From positions 26,995 through 90,994 of the forward strand of contig DDWS01000026.1 in NCBI GenBank assembly GCA_002347685.1: 64,000 bases of DNA. The letters are read 5' to 3'. Of this stretch, positions 56,855 to 64,000 are shown in pieces (within the stretch, counting starts at the first letter, position 1; the number at the start of each line of letters is the position of its first letter). This DNA is from Syntrophaceae bacterium UBA2280 (GTDB taxonomy: Bacteria; Desulfobacterota; Syntrophia; Syntrophales; Smithellaceae). A program made the translations under genes and the position numbers. The notes below the pieces were generated by a model. That model was not told the origin of the DNA. It searched no databases and saw nothing but the letters and a program-made list of their open reading frames with translations.

Positions 56855-59800
56855 TCAGTCGGCATCAGTATCTCCGGTCAGATAGCTCGCTTTTCGCGAT
56901 ATACCCAGCTTCTTCATTCGCGAAAAGAGTGTATTGGGATGAATGTCGAGAATTTCTGCTGCGCCACCCTGACCCGTTACCTTGCCGCCCGTTGCCCTGA
57001 GAACTTCCAGAATATGGTTTAGCTCGTTTTCCCTGAGGCTCATATGGGCATCATGAGATAAAGAATGCCTGCTGGCCAGTTCCGGCACCCGATAAAAGGG
57101 GCCGTTGCTCAATATCACCCCTCTCTCGATGACATTTTCAAGCTCCCTGACGTTTCCCGGCCAGTCATAGGACATGAGTTTTTCCATTTCCGGCGGTGAA
57201 ATTTTGTCCAGGGGCTTATTGCACTTATTCGCGTAGAGCCCCAGAAAATACCGGGCGAGAAGCGGCACGTCTTCTTTTCTGTCCCGGAGACTGGGAACAT
57301 GAATGGGAAACACATTGAGGCGATAATAGAGATCCCTGCGGAAACGGCCCTTTTTTACTTCCTGTTCCAGATTCCGGTTCGTGGCGGCCAGAAGACGAAA
57401 ATCCGACTGAATGATGACGTCGCCGCCGACCCGCACGAATTCCCGGCTTTGCAAAACCCGCAGGAGCTTGACCTGGATATCCATGGAAATATCCCCGATT
57501 TCGTCGAGGAAGATAGTTCCCCCGTTGGCAAGCTCGAATCGCCCGATGTGGCGCGCCGTCGCTCCGGTAAAAGCCCCCTTTTCATGGCCAAAAAGTTCAC
57601 TGGAAATCAGACTCTCAGAAAGAGCGCTACAGTCGACCCGGATAAAAGGCTTCTCCGCCCGGTGGCTGTGATGATGGATCGATCGGGCTACCAGCTCCTT
57701 GCCGACGCCTGTCTCGCCCAGAATCAAAACCGTCGCATCCGTCTGGGCAACCTGTTCTGCCTGGCTGAACACTTTCTTGATGGCCGGACTTTGACCCACG
57801 AAATCCTCGAAATGAATGGTTTCGAGGTATTCTTTCTCATAATGCTCTTTTTCAAGTTGCTGTTTTTCATACAGGTTTTGCAGGGCTTCCCAAGCTTCCG
57901 CGTTATCCATGGCAATAGCGGCCTGGGTGGCAAAGTAGTTGAGAATTTCCAGATCCGACTCCTTAAAAGCGCTGCGAAACAGCCGGTTGTCGTGATACAA
58001 AACGCCGGTTACTTTATTGCGCATTTTAAGAGGAACGCAGATACAAGACCGAATGGCGCCTCCGCCGGTGGCTTGATCGGAATTCCGGTGGTCGAGTTCC
58101 ATGATGTGTCCCTTGCCTGTCCTGGCCGTTTTTTCGATCAGCCTCATGGACCTGTCAAAATGGGGCACGGTGACATCTTCAGACGTGAGATTTTTCGCAG
58201 CCTTTAGAATGACTGTCTCGGCTCTTTCCCCTTCCAGAACGAAAATGGCACCCCGCTCGGCGCCGGTTATCCTGTTGATGGCGGAAATGATGCGCCTGGA
58301 AAGCTCCCTGTAATCCCGTATTGTGGTCAGCTCCTGGCTTAACCGCAATATTTCATCGAGCAGGTTTCTCCCGTAGCGCAGATCCTTCACAAGCGGCCTG
58401 ATGTCGCCGGGAACCAGAACCTCGTTGAAAGCATAGAGCGTCCGTGCCGCCGGTTCGGCGTACTCGATGTATTCTTTCTCGCTGCCCATCCGCAGATATT
58501 CCCTGGCCACCTCCAGCTTCGACTTGGCCAGTTCAATCTGATGCCCGCAGGTTTCCAGGTCTGCCATGGATTGCTTGAGGGTTTGCAGAATGTCCCTGCT
58601 TGAATGGCCCGAATTCCGCATCATCAGCGCCTTATGCCGGAAGGCAACGCCCTTCATGAAAAGATTACCGCTCTCGAGGGAATAGCGTATTTCATCGTCC
58701 AGGGACAAACCCTCCATCCGCGGGAACGATCCGTCTTCCATGTCCTTGCAGATCATCATCCACAAAGCGGTAAACTTCACGGTCATTTGGGACTGCACAC
58801 TGAGATCACAATATTCCTTCAGGTTTGATATCGCCTTGGCAGGGTCACCCGCCTGGTGATGCGCGTAGCTCAGCAAAGCCAGCGCTCCCAGCCGGGCATA
58901 AATGCTTTTGCTTTTCTTGATTTCATCCCAGGATTCTTCAATGCACGAAATGGCATCCTCGGGGCGGTGCAGCTCCAGCAGCAAATGTCCGAGGGATACT
59001 CCTGCCAAGCCGGCCATGGACAAGTTGCCAATGCTGCGGCTGCGGACTCGAATGGCATCGAGCATACCCAGGCCCTGCGAATACAAACCGGTATGGCCAA
59101 GACAGACGCCCGCCGTCAGAGCGGCCAACAGGGGCAGCCGGTTCTTTGGAAACTGGTCTTCCACTTCGGGTACGAGAGTTTCGTAAATTCGGACAACCTC
59201 TTTATAGCGGCCAGACCAGTAATGAAAAAAAATACCGAAAATCGTCGCTGATTTCTGGATGGCCGGGTCATCGATTGTTCGGGCCAACTCCCATCCCTGC
59301 CTGAAGTGGCTTAACGCAGAACTGTACCGGGAGGAAAGCCACTGGCTTTTTCCCAGATGCATTTCAAGAAAACCGATCGAACCCGAATCGCCGCAGGATT
59401 CGGCGCGGCGGATCGCTTCCCGGAGGATCGCGATGACGCGGTTCGGATTATCACTGTCCGTGGAAACCTTCGCATACTCAAGGGTCGCTTCAATGAAGAG
59501 ACGGTCTGCTTCAGGCGTCGCAAGTTGCCTGAGGTCATCGATGGCCTTGTCGTAATAAAGCCTCGCTTCCTCATCCCTGAACTGCCTGCGGTGAATGTTG
59601 CCGTTTTCAATCAGAAGGCGGCATCCGGCATCATCATTGGAAATATGCAGCAGATGCCGGGCAACCTGTCTTGTTTTTTTTGAGTCTTCGGAGAGATCTC
59701 CGAGAAGCAGCCTGGATATATTCCGATGAAGGGATTCTCTGTCGGCGGGCGGGATGGCCGACACCAGCTTGTTTTGTTCTGCAGCATCAATGAAGGAAAA

Positions 59801-60019
59801 ATCCGTCAGGTTATTCCGGGAAAGCCAGCCTTTTTCAACACCGGATTCCAATGCGGCAAAAATGACCGACGCCTTCTTCCCCGTCAGTTCCTGCAACCAA
59901 TCGATGTTGAATTCACCCTCAAACAGAGCGGCCCGGGACAAAACAAACAGGCGCCCTTGAAAATCCTCTTCAGAGAGATGACCGTTTATAATCATTGATT
60001 CCCTCATTGCCTGCAGCAC
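56855..60019 (-). CDS. sigma-54-dependent transcriptional activator with a large N-terminal helical-repeat region and a GAF domain (no receiver domain)
   Basis: 1054 aa. Roughly the first 550 aa are unassigned and helical. A GAF-like region follows ([22 protein letters not shown]...). AAA+ Walker [15 protein letters not shown] loop, C-terminal Fis-type HTH ([21 protein letters not shown]). Confidence 0.85.
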   Translation of the reverse strand: MLQAMRESMIINGHLSEEDFQGRLFVLSRAALFEGEFNIDWLQELTGKKASVIFAALESGVEKGWLSRNNLTDFSFIDAAEQNKLVSAIPPADRESLHRNISRLLLGDLSEDSKKTRQVARHLLHISNDDAGCRLLIENGNIHRRQFRDEEARLYYDKAIDDLRQLATPEADRLFIEATLEYAKVSTDSDNPNRVIAILREAIRRAESCGDSGSIGFLEMHLGKSQWLSSRYSSALSHFRQGWELARTIDDPAIQKSATIFGIFFHYWSGRYKEVVRIYETLVPEVEDQFPKNRLPLLAALTAGVCLGHTGLYSQGLGMLDAIRVRSRSIGNLSMAGLAGVSLGHLLLELHRPEDAISCIEESWDEIKKSKSIYARLGALALLSYAHHQAGDPAKAISNLKEYCDLSVQSQMTVKFTALWMMICKDMEDGSFPRMEGLSLDDEIRYSLESGNLFMKGVAFRHKALMMRNSGHSSRDILQTLKQSMADLETCGHQIELAKSKLEVAREYLRMGSEKEYIEYAEPAARTLYAFNEVLVPGDIRPLVKDLRYGRNLLDEILRLSQELTTIRDYRELSRRIISAINRITGAERGAIFVLEGERAETVILKAAKNLTSEDVTVPHFDRSMRLIEKTARTGKGHIMELDHRNSDQATGGGAIRSCICVPLKMRNKVTGVLYHDNRLFRSAFKESDLEILNYFATQAAIAMDNAEAWEALQNLYEKQQLEKEHYEKEYLETIHFEDFVGQSPAIKKVFSQAEQVAQTDATVLILGETGVGKELVARSIHHHSHRAEKPFIRVDCSALSESLISSELFGHEKGAFTGATARHIGRFELANGGTIFLDEIGDISMDIQVKLLRVLQSREFVRVGGDVIIQSDFRLLAATNRNLEQEVKKGRFRRDLYYRLNVFPIHVPSLRDRKEDVPLLARYFLGLYANKCNKPLDKISPPEMEKLMSYDWPGNVRELENVIERGVILSNGPFYRVPELASRHSLSHDAHMSLRENELNHILEVLRATGGKVTGQGGAAEILDIHPNTLFSRMKKLGISRKASYLTGDTDAD

Positions 60020-60370
60020 TCAAACGACTGCATTCAACCAAAAATACCTGCGGTTCTTTCGTAAACCCCCGCTTGGCAAATTCCTAAACGGCTGTACAGA
60101 AAAGGGGCCGTCTGATCGGGTTGATCTTTGCTTTCTTCCCCTGCATCACGATTTCTCGTCTGCAGCACACGATTTGACACTATGGCACAGGCTCCAATTC
60201 CTTACATCAACCGGATAGCAGATTCTTCGCCACCCGGTTTGAAGCACATTATCATATCATCGGCGCAATTCCAAGACTTCCCTGGAAGCCGTTTTTACCC
60301 ATCCTCCCTATGACGCTTATTTCTGAATGAACCCAACCCGGGTAATAAAATACGACATGGGGGTTATTTT

Positions 60371-60419
60371 ACGATATATCGTTACCTCTTTTCAGAAAGC
60401 ACGATGCCCTGGATCGTGC
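60371..60419. promoter_or_regulatory. two candidate enhancer palindromes: ACGATATATCGT and GCACGAT-N7-ATCGTGC
   Basis: Positions 60371-60382 and 60399-60419, which is 45-95 bp upstream of the -24 element of the decarboxylase-beta promoter. Confidence 0.55.
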
Positions 60420-60463
60420 CAAAAGGCTCTATATAATTAACGCTTGTTTCAATATTTCACTCA

Positions 60464-60479
60464 TGGCATAGTGATTGCA
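60464..60479 (+). promoter_or_regulatory. sigma-54 (-24/-12) promoter of the decarboxylase beta-subunit operon
   Basis: TGGCAT-AGTGA-TTGCA. The track ORF start at 60475 lies inside this promoter and is therefore rejected. Confidence 0.75.
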
Positions 60480-60564
60480 CAGTACACTACTTTATCATAA
60501 ATATTTCATACATATAACCGCAATTAATGTATTTTGCGATGCTATGTATAAGGAGACTCAATCA

Positions 60565-61818
60565 ATGACCATAGATTCACTGGTGAACATTTTTCAGGGG
60601 GTGGCGACGCTTGCGGAATCCTTTTCACACAACCCCACTGTCGCCTTCGTTCGTATCGGTCTGATCTTCCTGGGATTTCTTTTGATCTACCTGGGTAAAA
60701 AAGGCATTCTGGAGCCGCTTCTGATGGTTCCGATGGGATTGGGCATGGCGACGGTCAATGCGGCCATTATGTTCTTCGATCCCTTGAATCTGCACGGCGG
60801 CATGGGCACGCTCTTTGTGGAAGCGCAGGCCGGCGCCACGGCGGACGCCGTGAAAAATGCCGCGGAAGTCATGATGATGCTGCAGATCAACTGGCTCCAG
60901 CCGATCTATACGTTCACCTTCAGCAACGGTTTGATCGCCTGCCTGATTTTCATGGGCATCGGGTCCCTGCTGGATGTGGGCTACGTCATGGCCAAACCTT
61001 TCCAGAGCATGACCATCGCGCTTTTCGCAGAACTGGGAACGATTGTCGTGTTCCCCGTCGCCCAGCTTTTCGGTTACTCGCCGCAGCAGGCAGCCGCCAT
61101 CGCCGTAGTTGGAGGGGCGGACGGGCCGATGGTCTTGTTCACCTCGCTGAGGCTGGCCCCCGAACTCTTTGTACCGATTGCGATCATCGCCTATCTCTAC
61201 CTGGGGTTCGCCTACGGCGCCTACCCCTATCTCATCCGGGCCATGGTGCCGAAGAAACTCCTCGCGATCAAACCGCCGCCGGCCAGGAAAAAAAGGGAAA
61301 TCACCTCCGGCGAAAAAATGCTCTTCGCGGTCGTTGCCTGTGTTTTCCTGTCGTTTCTGCTGCCTGTTGCCGCCCCGCTGATCTTTTCCTTGTTTTTCGG
61401 TGTGGTCATCCGGGAATCAGGCGTGAAGGAGTTCGTTGATCTTCTTCAGGGTCCGGTCCTGTACCTGTCGACCATGTTTCTGGGGCTGATGCTGGGCGTG
61501 CTTTGCGACGTCAATACCATCATGGATCCGAAAGTGCTGCCGCTTCTGCTTTTGGGAATTCTGGCGCTTCTGATTTCGGGTATCGGCGGTATTTTCGGGG
61601 GGTATTTCATGTATGTGGTAACGCGGGGCAAGTTCAACCCCGCCGTCGGCATTGCGGGCGTGAGCTGCACGCCCACCACCTCCAAAGTCGCGCAGAAGGT
61701 GGTTTCGAAAGCCAACCGAACCGCCATCATTCTGCCGGACGCCCTCGGCGCGAATGTCAGCGGCGTGATCACAACGGCGATCATCGCCGGAATATTCTGC
61801 AGCCTGCTGGCCAGATAA
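60565..61818 (+). CDS. sodium ion-translocating decarboxylase beta subunit (OadB/GcdB/MmdB family)
   Basis: Polytopic membrane protein with an OadB-type N-terminus (YLGKKGILEPLLMVPMGLGMATVN). Start set to MTIDSL after an AAGGAG RBS. Confidence 0.85.
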   Translation: MTIDSLVNIFQGVATLAESFSHNPTVAFVRIGLIFLGFLLIYLGKKGILEPLLMVPMGLGMATVNAAIMFFDPLNLHGGMGTLFVEAQAGATADAVKNAAEVMMMLQINWLQPIYTFTFSNGLIACLIFMGIGSLLDVGYVMAKPFQSMTIALFAELGTIVVFPVAQLFGYSPQQAAAIAVVGGADGPMVLFTSLRLAPELFVPIAIIAYLYLGFAYGAYPYLIRAMVPKKLLAIKPPPARKKREITSGEKMLFAVVACVFLSFLLPVAAPLIFSLFFGVVIRESGVKEFVDLLQGPVLYLSTMFLGLMLGVLCDVNTIMDPKVLPLLLLGILALLISGIGGIFGGYFMYVVTRGKFNPAVGIAGVSCTPTTSKVAQKVVSKANRTAIILPDALGANVSGVITTAIIAGIFCSLLAR

Positions 61819-61833
61819 TAAAGGAGAAGCAAC

Positions 61834-61956
61834 ATGACTGGATGGAATGAGGCTTTACTAACCTACGGGTTAACGATCATCATCTCGTTTTCCGTGGCGG
61901 GCATTATCTCTCTTGTGGTGAAGCTGCTGGAGACGTTCTCAAAAAACAAAAGCTGA
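61834..61956 (+). CDS. putative small single-TM subunit of the decarboxylase (OadG/GcdD-like), 40 aa, absent from the ORF track
   Basis: AAGGAG RBS. MTGWNEALLTYGLTIIISFSVAGIISLVVKLLETFSKNKS has one hydrophobic helix and sits 15 nt after the beta subunit. Confidence 0.5.
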   Translation: MTGWNEALLTYGLTIIISFSVAGIISLVVKLLETFSKNKS

Positions 61957-62369
61957 TCCAAAACGGCGCGCGAGTTGTTTTTTACGGAAGGACGCCGTTT
62001 GCTCATGATGGTATCCGTCCGGCAGACAGGCATTCATAAAAGATTTCAACAGGGTGCTTCGATATGAGTAAGGCATCCTGTTGAAAGCCTCTTCGCCATC
62101 CCATTTTTGTGAACCCGGAAACCGCCTCGCATCATGCGTCCTCAATTCTGAGGCACAATTGTTTTTTGACACATTCCTTAAAAGTATGGTAAGTTTTCTT
62201 CCTAATGCCTGTAAAGGCAAAGTAGTCAAAGGCAAGGAAGGCGCACAACATCAATAAAGTATTCGGCCATACAGCAGGACTCGGCGCCGCTCAGATCAAA
62301 TCCATCGAACGCCTTTATCGGCGGGGCACCCCTCCGGAAAACATCATCAGCCATGATCTCGCGCGGGAG

Positions 62370-63962
62370 GTGGCCTTGCTGTCTTTTACGATCAACCGCC
62401 AGATCGGCCTGCTGATCGGGCGAAAAGGAGAAATCCATTTTGTCATCTGCGGGGACCAAAAGAGCATTTTCATTCCGGATCTCGACCGATTCCGCGCGGC
62501 CTCCACACGCTTTAAAGGTCTGCGCCTGATTCACACGCATCTGGCCGGCGAGGATCTCTCCGAAGAAGACTTGACGGACATGTCTCACCTGAGGCTGGAT
62601 CTGGCGGGCGCGCTTGAGGTGCGTCCCGACGGCTCGCCGGGAAAAATCACCTGGGCGCATCTGATTCCGGAAAATCCTCAGGGCGACTACTGGCTGATCC
62701 ACGAACCCCTGGAACCACACCGGCTTTCCGTCAACTTTCTGGCCTTCATCGGCGCGCTGGAAGACGAATTCGCCAGGCAACAAAAAACCCGCCGGATCGA
62801 CGCGGCGGAAAAGGCCGTTATCGTGCGCGTGGAAAGCCATTCGCCAGACGAAGCTGAAGCATCCCTCGACGAACTGCGCCAACTGGCGAAAACCTGCGGC
62901 GTCGAGGTCTTTGACGCTCAGATTCAGTATCGCCCGCAGCCGGATCCGAAATATCTGGTGGGCCGGGGCAGACTTTCGGCCATCGATCTGCGTGCTACGC
63001 AAATCGGCGCGAATCTGCTGATCTTCGACCACGAACTTACCGCGGCGCAGGTTCGGTCCATCAGCGATTTCACCGGTCTTAAAATCCTCGACCGCACACA
63101 GGTGATCCTCGATATTTTCGCGAGGCGCGCCCACAGTCGTGAAGGCAAAATTCAGGTGGAACTCGCTCAGCTCAAATATCTTTTGCCGCGTCTGACGCAC
63201 AAGGACCTATCACTGTCACGTCTGGCCGGCGGCATCGGTGGCGTGGGACCCGGCGAAACCAAACTGGAAATCGATCGTCGCCGCATCCGCGAGCGCATCC
63301 ACCGGCTGGAAAAGGACCTCAAAGGCATCACGAAATCACAAGGGCAGCGACGGGGAAGGCGCACAAAATCAGGCCTGCCGGTCATCTCCATTGTGGGATA
63401 TACCAATGCGGGGAAATCCACCCTGCTCAATACCCTGACTAAGAGCGCCTCTGTGGCGGAAGACAAACTCTTTGCCACCCTCGACACGAAAAGCGCCAGG
63501 CTGCGTTTTCCGCGGGACACAGAAGCTGTCATCACCGACACGGTCGGCTTCATCCGCCACCTGCCCCGGGAACTCTTCAGTGCTTTTCGCGCCACGCTCG
63601 ACGAGCTTCAGGAAGCGGATCTGCTCTTGCACGTCATCGATATCAGCCACCCCCGGTTTGAAGAACAGATCGCCGCGGTGGAAACCATCCTCGACGATCT
63701 CGACATTTCCGGGAAACCCGCCATCCGGGTTTTCAACAAGGCGGATCGTTTTGAAGACAAGGAAGCGCTAAACGCGCTTTGCCGCCGCTTCAACGCGGTG
63801 GCCGCCTCGGCGCTGGACAAAACCACGCTTCGCGGTCTGCTGGAAAAAATCGAAGCGGCGCTGCCCACAACAGACTTTTCGGGACGGGGAAATTATGATA
63901 GTGAACAACCAGACGAAAGGTGTGAAGAGGAGAATAACTGTCATCCGGGGGGGGAATCATGA
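62370..63962 (+). CDS. hflX: GTPase HflX (long form); the true start is probably upstream of 62370
   Basis: G1 GYTNAGKST, G3 DTVGF, G4 NKAD. The frame stays open and HflX-like back to 62226 (see findings). Confidence 0.9.
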   Translation: MALLSFTINRQIGLLIGRKGEIHFVICGDQKSIFIPDLDRFRAASTRFKGLRLIHTHLAGEDLSEEDLTDMSHLRLDLAGALEVRPDGSPGKITWAHLIPENPQGDYWLIHEPLEPHRLSVNFLAFIGALEDEFARQQKTRRIDAAEKAVIVRVESHSPDEAEASLDELRQLAKTCGVEVFDAQIQYRPQPDPKYLVGRGRLSAIDLRATQIGANLLIFDHELTAAQVRSISDFTGLKILDRTQVILDIFARRAHSREGKIQVELAQLKYLLPRLTHKDLSLSRLAGGIGGVGPGETKLEIDRRRIRERIHRLEKDLKGITKSQGQRRGRRTKSGLPVISIVGYTNAGKSTLLNTLTKSASVAEDKLFATLDTKSARLRFPRDTEAVITDTVGFIRHLPRELFSAFRATLDELQEADLLLHVIDISHPRFEEQIAAVETILDDLDISGKPAIRVFNKADRFEDKEALNALCRRFNAVAASALDKTTLRGLLEKIEAALPTTDFSGRGNYDSEQPDERCEEENNCHPGGES

Positions 63963-64000
63963 AATATCTGAGAATTGCCGCTGTTTTAATTGCGCTTTTA
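63959..64000 (+). CDS. hypothetical secreted or membrane protein, N-terminal fragment only
   Basis: ATGA overlap with the hflX stop. MKYLRIAAVLIALL looks like a signal peptide. Truncated by the window end. Confidence 0.4.
   Translation, partial: MKYLRIAAVLIALL

Noticed and set aside
60183-60198. TGGCACAGGCTCCAAT. It shares 12 nt (ATGGCACAGGCT) with the promoter at 12001-12012.
   Set aside because: The -12 position reads CCAA instead of TTGC, so there is no GC dinucleotide at the required spacing. The real -24/-12 element for the downstream gene is at 60464.

Overview
This 64-kb window is GC-rich chromosomal DNA. The gene content suggests an anaerobic deltaproteobacterium (Desulfobacterota-like), but that assignment is inference. 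Most of the window is core metabolism and housekeeping:
- nnr, and an fbp / class II aldolase / Zn-ADH cluster;
- two two-component systems;
- bioADF and bioB, htpX, rmuC;
- a beta-oxidation trio;
- tadA with two tRNA-Ser genes;
- the ffs-dnaX-ybaB-recR block;
- a split class I fumarase, a four-subunit 2-oxoacid:ferredoxin oxidoreductase and a NuoEF-like flavin/FeS module;
- hflX.

The most interesting signal is a candidate sigma-54 regulon.
- Three perfect or near-perfect -24/-12 promoters each have an ACGAT-Nx-ATCGT palindrome about 80-100 bp upstream.
- Two of these promoters flank a 1054-aa receiver-less enhancer-binding protein (EBP).
- Together the three promoters would drive an outer-membrane porin, a Liv-type ABC importer followed by twin family III CoA-transferases and an acyl-CoA carboxyltransferase, and a Na+-decarboxylase beta subunit with a 40-aa subunit.

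A second unusual signal is a family of intergenic composite repeats. These are heptanucleotide tandem arrays that flank nested palindromes. One pair of arrays brackets an unannotated 34-aa lysine-rich ORF.

I also see a frameshifted GIY-YIG remnant between the two tRNA-Ser genes, and a conserved-looking HflX N-terminus with no canonical start codon. No CRISPR array, prophage or transposase is visible.
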